DNA of 64,000 nt from positions 3,038,001-3,102,000 of the forward strand of contig NC_134025.1 of the NCBI RefSeq assembly GCF_964204645.1. The letters run 5' to 3'. Of this stretch, positions 16,901-63,162 are shown one piece after another. The notes beneath the pieces are model-generated. The model ran no database searches. It had not been told where the DNA came from and saw only the letters and a list, made by a program, of their open reading frames with translations. The position numbers were made by a program, and so were the translations under genes. Within the stretch, counting starts at the first letter, position 1; every line of letters begins with the position of its first letter. The stretch comes from Tubulanus polymorphus (Eukaryota > Animalia > Nemertea).

Positions 16901-19900
16901 CGGACTCATTATTTTTGGCCAATTATCATGGCATACAAACATCAGAACAACAAGGAAGGTATCTACAATGTAGTCAAAGTAATGGATGACCTCGTCGATG
17001 AGTCTTCAGAATATGTGCATACACTACATTTCTACTTGGTGCCATCGTTGGAAGAATTAGGTGAAAGTCTCGAAACTATCGTTGAAAAGTTGATGGTAAG
17101 TTTGATTGGTTTTTGATAAGACAACACTCAAATGTAAGCTTTTTGTGATAAAATTGATATCATTCTGTTCATTGACAAAGTGTCGGAATTGTTACTTAAC
17201 GAGAATTGTTCAAAATCATTCAGGCATCTACATTTATGCCTGTCATTCACTACTTGGATATGGGCTGGATAGGTTTTTGTGACGACTTAGTAATTTTCTT
17301 AAAGTCTTTTTTGTATCACTGCAGAAATGTGAAAGATGAAGTATTATTGTATCTGTATGACAATGAACTTTTTCTGCTGCTGCATAGTAATTATAATATT
17401 CAATGAATTGATATTAATGAATCTATTTCAGGTTGTTGGTGTAGCTCGAGGTGATGCGCAGTTTGCAAACTTCTTAAACATTCTGAAAAGCGGTAAAACC
17501 AAAGAAGCGCTAGAATACGGTAGGCAAACTTCTTTTCCTCAATAAGCTCGATGATACCCATCCTCCCTCTGCAGGGACTCGAACCTGATGGCATCGCTAC
17601 TCTCAGCCACGGCACGAACCCCTGCATCAGTAGACCGGGTGCGCAGGTACATGCGCAGCTTTCCGAACGAAAACTGGCGGCACCAATCAGATTGCTCGTT
17701 GTATAATCGTTGAGGCAAATTTCAAGGAAGAACTATAAATGGGAAAACCCGGGCTAAAATAAAACGGGATTTCTGATTGGCTAAAAATCACATCATCTGA
17801 ACTGCGCATGTATCTGCGCAGACGGTCGATTATGGCAGGGTTTCGTGCCGTGGCAATCTCGATGCCATCAGGTTCGAATCCCTGCCGGGGGAGGATGGAT
17901 GATACCGGCAATACTAATCATGCCTCCTAAACCGGCACGAGGTAGTTTTATATTTGGTTTTATTTACAGGTAAAAAGTGTAATGAAATCAGATGTTATTC
18001 AACTGTACTGCGACCGTACATCGATCAAACAATACGCAAAACAGATCAATTATCAGATATGATGAGCGTATGTACCAGTTCTTATGCGTATAGTATTTTG
18101 ATGTTTGTTTTCCTGTTTTTTTTTTATTATCCTATCATGCATGAGTCAATTTCTTGGTATTGTAGGTACTCGCTTTTACATCTGATAAGATGGTTGGACA
18201 GTCTGCATATTCCGGTGCTGATCTCAATTCCGACATGCTGTTTACCGTGGTTAAATCTAGAAAGAAATCCGAGATGGAAGATGTTGTCAATATCGCTATC
18301 TCGAAGGTAAACGGTTGATGAAGAAATTATTAACTCTAGAGTAGACAACCTGGCTGAACTTAGCGCCACATTAGCCTTATCAATATTATGACGACTAATA
18401 TTATGAATACTACGACGTGTTGAATATTCTTGACAAATTACAGAATCTCAAGATTCCCATCCGAGATGTAGAGCCCCTTCAGAAATTATTACTAGCTCAA
18501 TCCGTATCACAGGATATTGCGCAGGTTGGTTTCATTCTGTTTTCCGGAATTCTGTATGTTTGTTGCTGTTAAGGTCAAGTAATATTGTAATTGAATTTGT
18601 ATTTTCAGAAAATAAGCGAGATGGGTGTAGAAAATACTAAACCTATCATGCCTCGTTCAACACCAACAACTCGGAGGGTAAATCTTTCCCTTCTTAAAGT
18701 CAAATTCTTAATGTAGTGCTTTATACGTACGTGTAGTCGCATACATTGGTCACAGAATCTTCAGAAAAAACCCACTGTGACAATATTTTGACGATTAACT
18801 ACGAAACATGCAACACTGACATTTAGGTTTAGAAATGTTTCTACCCATCTTCAGAGATTCATTGAGAATGATGATATGCATTTTCTCGTGGTTTATCGTC
18901 GATATTGTGGGTTACTTTTAACACTACATAGATTCACTGTCAGTCATCTATGTTAATTTCACCTCAAAATGTAAAATTTTATTCTTTTGAATTTATATTT
19001 AGACGACTTCCGTCGGCGACTTATCTACAAAGACAACTGCAGAACTTGAGTCAATTCTTAAAGGCTACGAGGATAAGGGGTATACGAATACAAAGAATGT
19101 ATTCAGATGGCTGCTCAATAAGTACTGTGCTGAAGGGGTAAGCGCTTAATAGTAGATCTTCACCGTTTTCATACTGAAAGGTTTCTGAAATGCTAAATGA
19201 TCTGTTTAACAGAATATAGAACGAGTTGAAGAGATTAAGAAGAAGATCGAACAATCAGACTTTGTCTACACTCCGGATACTATTCGTCAGTTCATCCATT
19301 TAGCTGCTCTGCATAAGAAAGATTTGAAAGAAGCTTTACATTACAAAGACTTGCTGTAAGTAGTTGATAACCTTATGGGGTCAGTTGCACGAAATTCCTT
19401 AGATTTATGACCAGTCTAAGCCTTCTTAAGTCATCTTAAGACTAGTCGCATTTGCTGCGGACTAAAGTCATATCTGCAATTTGGCCCTGATGCCGTTTCA
19501 AACTAGAATATTGGTTGCTAGCTCATTGTTGAAATTTTGTTATTTTCAGAGAAAGTAAATTTTCAGATTTTTCATCGTATATCTCTACAATACTGCATAC
19601 CGCGAGGCTTATGGCTGAAAATGGAGATTATCAAGGTATTACCTCAAGTTGCTCAGTGCTTTCACAGGGTTATTTATGGGCATTGAAAACCAGTGAATTT
19701 AAAAAGGCTTCGAATAGCATTGAAAGCCTTACTAATGTTAAGAGGGCAATTAAAATGGAAGGAGTTGGCAGTCAAAAACAAATGATTTATTAAGTGTACC
19801 CTCCAGAATATGTCTCAGATGCCATAAAAACAAGCCTATCCCATTATTCTTGGATATTACGACTAGAATTCAAATTAATATTTTCTGATTAAATCGAGTT

Positions 19901-22900
19901 ATTGAAGATTCTTTCTTCCTCTTATTCCAGGAGTTAAAGACATCTTGGCTGATTATCATAGCAGACACAGCGCGTTCATGCTAGAACGCGATTACGGACA
20001 AGAATTAATTCTAGCGAATAACTGCAATAAACTGTTGGAAAGCTGCTCTGGAAATATGGCCGAATGTTACGATATAATGAAGCTCTTGTTCGAGCTTGGC
20101 TACGTGAAGAATAACTGTTACCAGTTGCTGGAACAATATATAAACGGTTTCATCAAAAAGTACATATCTCAATTTATATTCGTATGAATATTTGGTCATT
20201 TCGTGCTATGATTTATAAGGAGTGAATATTTTCAGCAATGACGCAGAAGGTGCACTCGAGGGTTTACAGAGATGTGTCAATGATTTCAATAGAGTGCCTA
20301 TGTTTGATTCCGTGTTCAAGATGTTCATCGAAAGAGAAGACCCTGATGGACTTCAGAAAGGTACACTGTGTTATCTGTGTGTTGGTGTTAAGATTATTAT
20401 ATTTGATTGAAGCTAATGTCTTAATTCACATGTGTTTCAGCAATGGATTTATCGACTCAGATTCTCGGTGAAATGCAAGTTCTCCATTATTTGATTTATC
20501 GGTTTATCGAATCTGGTCGCCTTCCACAAGCCAAGAAAATTCTCGAGGTAGGAATTCCCATTATTCAATTTGATTTGACTTGATTTATTTGTAAATTCGA
20601 CAGCCTTTCTGTCCAGGGTTCTTACAAATCAGGGAATTCTTATTCTCAAATTCATGGAAAGTCGGGAAATTTGAATTTTAAGCATCTTGTTCTTGCTGGT
20701 GATGAAACATTCCCCACTGAGGAGAATATCATTTAATTTATTCAGGAAACTTGGTCAAGGTTCAGGAATTCCCTCATCCGTAAGAATCTTGTCAGTGTTT
20801 TTTCTTATCGTAAAATAACTACAATTTCAGACTCCAGGTCTGCGTGCGCTGATGGAACCATTAAAAATATTCAGCTCAAATTTTATACGCGACCATCGAC
20901 TGAGTGAATTAGAAACATTGGTTTCCGTAACGAAGAATATGTTTGCCGTGGATAAAGAGGAATTATTGTTCCAGTTGGTCAGAGGATATTGTAAGTATTT
21001 GTAAAAATCTTGATGAAAAACTCGACTTACGTGAGTTTGACTGTATTCATGAAGAAGAAGGTGGCCACTTAGGAATCAGGAAAAAGTCAGGAAATGTTCT
21101 TTTCTTAACAAAAAGTCAGGGAATTTTGTTAAAAAAAACTAGAAATCAAAGATAAGTCAGGAGAAATCTGTTGAGATTTCATAAAATCAAACAGTTTCCG
21201 TCGGTGTTTTACATATTTAAAAGCAAGTCAAATAAAAGTGGCCACCCTGATGAAATACATGAATTAATGTATGATTTTGATGTGTATTTCAGGTTCAGTC
21301 AAAGATATGACCAAAGCTTTGGATGTTTACACTCAATTTGAAGAGGAAAACGTGACGCCGAGGTTCCGTACTCTGCGTTATTTAGGGAAGGCTTTACTAT
21401 CTAGTAACATGGAAGTTCCATTTGAAATCCCACCAGATACAAATCCATTTGAAGACTCGGTAAGACTCGAACCTTTTCATTTGATAGTAACCCTTTCAGT
21501 GCTGACTAATGGATACCCGAAAGTACTGGAGATAATTTGAAAATTTCAATCTGAAAGGGTAAAAGCTATATAGATTCGTGTGCTGATTTTTCAGACTGAA
21601 TCATCAACTAGCACTCCCTTACACGCTGAGGAGAATGAAGTGATGAAGAATTTGAGAAATAAAGGCGATATACCAAACATAGCTAATCTGAAGAAAAGGT
21701 AGGTATTTCTTGTTTATTGAATTACTCTCCCGTTTGTCACTGATAGCCAACAACTCATTTCATCGTGTTTGCCTCTATAGTTTGTCACAACAAGGTAAAG
21801 AGCTTTCTCCGAATTTTATGAAGGAAGTAATTGATGGAGTTTACAAACTGAGACAGAAAGGAAGTAAGTTTTCAAAAACTTCATGTGTATCTTATGAGTT
21901 TCACCACGAACCTTAGTGTCTGATGAGGATCGTAGAGTGACGGAGATCTCTGTGGAGACAACCATTGCCAGGACTGGGTGAAATTATGAGTCTACTTAAA
22001 CCCGCTTAAGATGTCGTACTCGGGATGATTGTTATGACTTATCCAGATGAATTACTCTTAGTGAATTGATTTGGGACTCAAAAGTAACAGGTCACGAATT
22101 AAGCAATGTGACGACTTCTTGAGCGAGTTTGACTTTATTGGATTTAGCGCTGAACAAATAACAACTGTGTGATGAAATTGTCCTGTGATTTCAGCGTTGC
22201 CGCGACTGCTTTACCAGTTCTCTGACCTCGGCGATGTTGAATCCATTCAGAAAACAAAGAACATCAATTTAGTCGCATTACGAAAGGGTTTGTATCACGC
22301 ATCGCTGTTGAAGGCACACCTTGTTAGGTATGTATGTATATTTCGTGTTGACAGTTTGTTACACGCATCAGGTTACGTGATATTAGTACCAGTAGTATAT
22401 TTGTATTTGTAGAGGTGAAATCGATGAGATACTGGAAAAAATGTCTGAAAATATTGACGATCTGGAGAAGTATTTGTCGACATCTATCATTCAACAGTTT
22501 GCGCAGAAGAGTCCACAGCTGTTTCCTAAACGTTCGTTTGTTAAACACAATATTATGAAAAATCTGCATCGTTTGTTTTACGTGTTTATACAAGCATTGT
22601 GAATGATTATTAATTACAGTGGTTGATCTAGTCATGCGTTCTGCCGAGGCTGGTAGTTTGATACCTGTTGGACATTTGTGGAATCATTACATGATGGGCG
22701 ATGAGTTGGATAAAGCTGATAGTATTAGTAAGGTAAGCGTTATCCATTCCATCCATAGATGAATATGAAAACATTGACTTAATAGCCGGATATATGGTAA
22801 ATGTTATGTTCTGCGATATTTCAGAGGTATCCACTTCTATACAAATCTATAAGACTGGTCCCGGTGTGCACTTATGCGAAAAATGAAAATAGGGTAAGCA

Positions 22901-24228
22901 ATTCTAAATGCTTGTTTCTTCTAACGCTTTTGACAGACTAGGGGAATTTCATTGAAATTCACAATATGACCCAACCGGTTAGGAGAAACGAGGTATCATT
23001 TTTTTGGCCTAAACAATATTCTGTGATGAAATTTGCCAAGTATGTAACATGCTTTAGGGATCATTCAATTATAAGATACAAATAATGCATAGGTAATAAA
23101 TGAATAACCGCGTAGTGTGAATGAGTATTGATTTATGAGTTTAACAAAATGTGGAAATGACTTTTTTCTAGTTGGATATTCTGAATCAGATGCTGGAAAA
23201 CATGGGACCCAATGACACCGTCAATAGAGCATTTGTTTATAGTTATGTTATCGGTTTACAAGGTAAAATTTCAATGGTTTAAAAGAAGAATATTTGTCAT
23301 CAGTATGGCTTAACAAAAAATATGCTGATTTTATAAACAGTTGAAAACCAAGATGTCAGTGATGCATTGGAAACTGTAAATATGGTTAAGTCAGAAGGTA
23401 TCGAATTGGATCAATTGAGGCCGATTGCATTACGAAGAATGGAAGAATTGTTATTAGCAAAAGGCAAACAAGTTCCGTGGCCGGTAAGCATCATTCTCGT
23501 GTTTCATCGTCAGAAAGGGATTCGAACCTGATGGCATTAAGAGACTATACCACGGCATGAACCCCTGATCACCATGTTGTCTCCCTCACTTCCTAGAAAA
23601 ACGTCTAAAAACCTACTAGTGTTTCCATGACAATTTGGCTATTTATATAACAAATATCAGTCACTCGGCTTATAATTCAAAGGATATTTTTATTGTATAA
23701 ATATTTACATGCCTCGGGCGTATTGTGATCGGTTAGAATATTCAGTGAATTTAAACACGCACAATCGTAGCTACCTATTCATGATTTTAGCTATCAATTT
23801 ACAAGATTATTAAGGGGTTTTCCATTTATCCTGCACTCAAAATTTTGGCAGAATGTACCACCATATGTACCCTGCCTCTTGTACACATCTGTACTAAACT
23901 TCCCCCCCCCCCCCACCATGTGCATGTATTCACTGGAGCTCTTCAGCGGGTAGTACAGAGTGAAATGTACCGTTTGTGCAATACGCAAACACTGTAGACC
24001 TCCTGACGATACTGATACCAATTTTATTAGAACCCCTACCTTGTGTACGTAACAAATGGAATACCCCTAAAACAGACCCGGTCTGCGTTGTTAGATTTTC
24101 GGGCATATTTCTAAACAAATATGTCTGTTTTTCAGGTCGGTGCATTTAACAAGGATCGACCGAACGCTGCAGATTCATCGGATTCTTCGTCAAGTTCTGA
24201 TTCCGATTCAGATTCTGAAAATAAATGA
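13989..24228 (+). CDS. LRPPRC: Leucine-rich PPR motif-containing protein, mitochondrial
   Basis: 32 GT-AG exons joined in frame: 13989-14122, 14262-14497, 14627-14930, 15078-15164, 15257-15295, 15377-15464, 15562-15666, 15780-15977, 16307-16450, 16889-17095, 17432-17519, 17970-18067, 18166-18306, 18444-18524, 18609-18677, 19003-19137, 19213-19355, 19550-19635, 19931-20159, 20236-20360, 20441-20547, 20831-20990, 21293-21459, 21595-21698, 21781-21863, 22195-22327, 22413-22531, 22620-22732, 22825-22893, 23172-23262, 23341-23483, 24136-24228. Arg-rich presequence. Hallmark segments [73 protein letters not shown] at 24305. Confidence 0.92.
16122..16160 (+). ncRNA. Minimal type-I hammerhead-ribozyme-like motif (probably decayed, Penelope-type)
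   Basis: CTGAAGA-TG-GGTAGAA-gca-TTCTACC-T-GAAA-T-GTC-AGTG: CUGANGA box, 7-bp helix II, GAAA box, GUC triplet. Confidence 0.5.
17559..17897. mobile_element. 339-bp MITE with ~100-bp tRNA-like TIRs and a perfect 9-bp TSD (GATGATACC)
   Basis: Arms 17559-17658 and 17802-17897 are imperfect reverse complements (CATCCTCCC...GGGAGGATG). Direct repeat GATGATACC at 17550-17558 and 17898-17906. Confidence 0.85.
18711..18929. mobile_element. Palindromic MITE-like element enclosing a second (minus-strand) hammerhead-like copy at 18814-18854
   Basis: ATGTAGTG/CACTACAT outer IR. Inner arms 18769-18812 and 18877-18913. The loop reads on minus CTGAAGATGGGTAGAAACATTTCTAAACCTAAATGTCAGTG. Confidence 0.55.
19377..19489. 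mobile_element. Short palindromic MITE (GGGTCAGTTGCA...TGCAATTTGGCCC)
   Basis: Terminal IR of the same family type as 2702-2953 and 47802-47873, with internal CTTAAG/TCTAAG motifs as in the 2702 copy. Confidence 0.5.
20614..20791. mobile_element. hAT-like MITE (CAGGGTTCTTAC...GTAAGAATCTTG)
   Basis: 12-bp TIR with internal TCAGG(G)AA repeats shared with 21057-21249, ~14955-15045 and ~43180-43257. Confidence 0.5.
21057..21249. mobile_element. hAT-like MITE (..GGTGGCCAC...GTGGCCACCCTG)
   Basis: TIR plus repeated AAAGTCAGG(G)AA. Degenerate 8-bp flanking direct repeat ATGAAGAA / ATGAAATA. Confidence 0.55.
21491..21559 (+). mobile_element. 69-bp internally deleted copy of the piggyBac-type MITE at 31330
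   Basis: CCCTTTCAGTGCTGACT..TACCC..AGT.CTGGAGA.AATTTGAAAATT matches the 5' end of the 31330 element and ends in CTGAAAGGG. Flanks are GTAA and TAAA. Confidence 0.65.
23516..23567 (-). repeat. Solo partial copy of the tRNA-like TIR arm
   Basis: AGGGATTCGAACCTGATGGCAT...CCACGGCATGAACCCCTG matches the left arm of the 17559 element. Confidence 0.7.
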
Positions 24229-24864
24229 TGACATCAAATGTATAGTGCTTATTTTACATGTATATAAATACTTGTATCTTGGTGAAAATAATGACTTTCC
24301 TGAAAATAAATTAATTTCGTTTCACTTAAAGAATGTACGTATTAAGGGCAAATCTTTAAAATCAAAACAGCTCGGGGCTCATCCATTCATTGAGCAACAT
24401 TTCCTTGAATTTGTTATTTTCTACAAATAGATTAGATTTTTAAGAAATTCTCGCTGCCACCCTTTGGTGTAGAATGCGATTATTATGATAATGAACCCTT
24501 AGATATGTTATCAACAGTACATGAAAATGAACATAGTTATTATCAGCTAACATACTCTCCGGGTCGCATACTACACTTGCTAGTGTATTAACATAGATCA
24601 ATTTTACAGCTGCCGACCATTGATTTATGATAACTGTTATTAGTGTATAAATGTTAGTATTGATTAACGCCTGTCCATAGTTTACTTTGTACTAGTGTCA
24701 GTTGTGACAGTTACTTTCGATGCTAAACTGCGCGGTTCGGAAATAGAAATCACCGATTAATTGTTATTTCAAATATTTCAAACTGTTGTTAATGACACGA
24801 TTAAATATTTATCCTGAATGAATACTACATTATAAGTATTTTATTTTGTGTGATCTGTGTAACC

Positions 24865-25150
24865 CAGGGGCGGATCCAAGGCTTACTTTTGATGGCCTTG
24901 TGTGACATGCGTTGTAGCAGGCATAATTAGCAAGGCATCGTATTTGTTCATTTATAGATGGGTTAGATGCATTTTATAGCATTTCCAAGTAGAAACTTTG
25001 CCTTATCCTACTAATTATGTGTTCGAATCTTATAAGAATCTATATGATAAGGTTGTAAAAAGTCAGGAATTCATGAAAGCTTTTTTGAATGGACTTTTAA
25101 AAGACAAATCAAAACATTTGAAGGTCGACAGGCCCCCTGGATCCGCCCGT
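24865..25150. mobile_element. MITE with CAGGGGCGGATCC-type TIRs
   Basis: CAGGGGCGGATCCAAGG ... CCCCTGGATCCGCCCGT. Degenerate relatives at ~27680 and inside the U12 intron (~54782-54887). Confidence 0.65.
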
Positions 25151-26137
25151 AACGATTCTGGTATTGTCGGGTCGAATAACTGAGTCATTTAAAATCGAAC
25201 TATTTCTGGCGAGAGAATATCATAGATCTATTTCAATTTAAATTGGTTACTAAGCAACAGTGGATAATAAATTGGAATATTTGGTATATCAAATTTCTAT
25301 TGAAACTGTCATTCTCTCATAGAATGACGTCACATCATTATTGTTTCATCATTCTGTATGTATACAACAGAACCCCAGGCTAATAACTATCGATATTGAG
25401 TTAGTTAAAGAAAATGACTCAAAATGCGTGGGAAATAAATGAGTCTGTTTAATGTTTGCGTCATTTTTGTTATCAGAACGAAGCTTATTATTCATTTATA
25501 AAAAAAATATGAAAAACAAATTAGATAGGTCGAAAAAATGGCACCATTTGACATCATCAGGAAACATGATTTCAATTTTTGATTTAATGAACGTAATTCG
25601 ATTGTTATGACTTGTGAATTGTTAAATTAGTACTAACTAAAATAAATATGAAATATGCTTAGAATTTTTTTTTAATTAAGAAATTATGTTTGTTTTAATT
25701 CAATGTGAATCAATGGTTGTGTGGATTTTGAAATTTCTTGATTGGTCGCTCGTCGGTGTGAAGTGTCGAACGATGATATCCGCATGTTTACTTCATTCAT
25801 TTCCGCATGTACAGCAGGAGCCGCCGCCATTTTATGATCACATGACTCTTACCAGCTGTGGTCCAGCCCATTGTCATATATAGGTAGATGGGACATGCTT
25901 ACATTAATGGTATTATCAAAGCGCTCGACATATTTAAATCCCCATGCGTACAGTACACTATCGCACTAGAAAACATTCGTGGTTTAATAGTCATATCTAT
26001 ATTCAGTACTGGAAACCAGTAGAATATTGTCTACCTCCGACACCCACGGAGCTGTAAGCTTCCCCTCCCGCGGATTCGACTAATCTTGCTGCTCTGCTCG
26101 TAGGGATGGATTAGCCTGTAGTAGTAGTATCTCAGCT

Positions 26138-60460
<34,323 letters not shown>

Positions 60461-63162
60461 ATTGTGCATATTCATGAATCGTGTTTTCGCATGCAGTAAC
60501 ATATATGAGATTGTTCGCAACTTTCTCTATATTCGCCTGCCGGTACATTGTTGCATGCTCCTATTCTGTGATCGAATTAAACAATTTAGTATACTTTGTT
60601 CATTCCCCATGAATTTAATGGCGCACACAAATGAGGATGAGGCCAGAATTGGTTAGTTTATTGAGATAAGTGCTATTTGTTTATTATTATCATTATTATT
60701 ATTATGTATATGTATATGTATTTTTGCATTTTTCATGTATAATATAATATTTTTCACTCATTCGGAGAATTGAATCGATTATTTATCTCACATTATATGT
60801 GATTTAGTTAATTGATCTTCTGAATGTTGTTTGGTTATTATCATAGATGAAATATTTTCCAAAGTTTTTACGCACGAACTTGAAATTGAACACACTTTTT
60901 CTTTTGATTTTTCACCTGTTTTCATTATTCACTACATTTTCATGACTTTTGCTCTGTAAATAATTCTCAATATATAAGTAGTAGTGTGTGTAAAGTAGAA
61001 GGTTAATGTGATTGTACTTGTAGTTAGACTAATTGGACCATGTATGTATCTTATACTTTAAGCCATTACTCAAAGCTAAAATCATCAATCAATAAGAATG
61101 TACTAACATTATCCTACAGATTTGCAACTCTACTCAATGTTTAGGCTATTCATCAGCTTAGTCATTGAAAATCACTCATGAAAGTTCTAGGTCAGCGAAA
61201 TCTCTTTTCTCCTTATCTATTTTTGGATTGATAGTATTTTCTATTTTTTCTAGTAGCGCTTTCATACTTAATTGGGAAGATAATTTGTTCGATCCTTCGG
61301 TTATCAATGAACGTTTTTATTGTGTTCATGTGCAAAGTATAGATTAATATATGATTCGAGTGAGGATTATTGTAGACTCCTCATCTCTTGGTACTTGTCT
61401 TCTTGGAAAGCAATGAACTATAGGTTGAATAATGAAACGGTTATGCAGGCTGTTTTTAAATGACCGTTGAGCATGTTGGCTTTCTTTTTGAAGTGTGTTT
61501 TTGTCTCGAGTAGATGGTATGAAAACTCCAGTTGGCTGTAGTGAATGTTTACACTTATGACATCGCACTGTTTCTATTTATTGAATATAGAACATGTGTG
61601 TTTGTCTAATTTCAATGTCTAATTTCATCGAAATCTAAACCTGTCTCAATAAATGTATTAAATTAGAATTGCTTTGTGTGAGTATAAAATATATCTTCTG
61701 TAAATATTGTAAAATCACACTGATTACCGAATTCATCTGATCAAAATGCATATTCTGATATTTATTTGCATAAAATACTCCTAAATGATAAACGTCCATT
61801 TATTGTGAAACATGCATGCTGGCTGTTTCTCCTACAATTATGGTCAGTGATTATTTATTTTTTTCATCACTCACATGTATATTTCACAATATCGGACTCA
61901 ATTAAGCGTTTTTAGTCATCAATCGAAATGAAAAGTTGAAATCACTGCATTCCTTGACATTTAAGGAAATGCCCTATATTGCTAGATTAGATTTGACTGA
62001 TGTGTATGTATTTTACAGATATTTCATTGTTTAAACTGATGATATATTATTGCATATTGTATAACATGTCACTAAAACTGAATTATCGTAACTTTCGATA
62101 TTGAGTGGCTTACAAAAAAGTGCTTTATCTTTATTGGCGTTTTGAACAAGTTTACTTGACCTCAATAGATATATATGAACGAAACCAACATTGGATGAGT
62201 AGTCTCAGATTCTTATCCCTATCGACCATCATGATTTTTTCCAGATATTTATTGTCCAAATTATCATTACCAAGAATGAGGTTATATGGTTATTATTATT
62301 GTTTCTTATACTTGAATAGTGTTTGTGTAAATAATGTGCAATCGTTGTTTTAGAATTCGGTCAGTGATATTGTTTTACGCAGAGCTGTTCTCTTAAGGGT
62401 CATATCTGTGTCATTTTTCACTTTTTTGGTAAAATTGGACTATGATGTCGTTTGTGAATATACTCTGTGGCTATCGTGTGAAGTAGTCTTTCAAATTAAA
62501 CTTCTCTCTGTACAGTATCCAGATTCTAGTCTTTATTATAAAGGTGACGCCTTAAAACATGCCTATACTTGATTATAGGGAAAGCAAAGAAACATATATT
62601 TCCTTCTATAAAATGCGTGATATTCACCTTCAAATATGGTACACGATTATTTTGAAGAGTATTTTGAAGTGTCAGTCACAGAAAGCTAAGTTAACTGCCA
62701 GTGACCTATGATTTTTTTAATTTTCACTTTACTGGTGCTTTTAAAGTCTAGTCCAAAACTAGTCATTTTCAGCTATATTCTTCAAGTATCTCCTACTCAG
62801 CAATTCAGGCCTGTATTTTTGTTCAATCTACGAATATTTTGTTTTTGTTTCATGGTTGGGCTATATAGCATTGTAGATTCTGATATCCACTAATAACAAT
62901 TCACTAAATTTATTGTCATTATTATTGAATTTGAAAGTATTAGTTCCGTTGATGTAAGATAATCAAATACATCTGTACATAATAAAAGTGTAAAATATAT
63001 ATTTGTGTTTCTCGTTGTCGTAAAATTTGCAATCTGTATTTTATGCAATTTTCCACGAGGAAATAGACCTGACAAGTGTTTTGGGATGTTATGCTAAATA
63101 TATGGTGTACTTTATTTTGTTATTTCCTTGTATAAATACATTACACCTCACTGAATAAAAAC

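Noticed and set aside
17830-17897. Functional tRNA gene in the MITE arm
   Set aside because: T-arm/B-box present but no full cloverleaf, D-arm/A-box or oligo-T terminator. It is part of a TIR.
21920-21960. Hammerhead starting at CTGATGA 21920
   Set aside because: No GAAA box follows the putative helix II.
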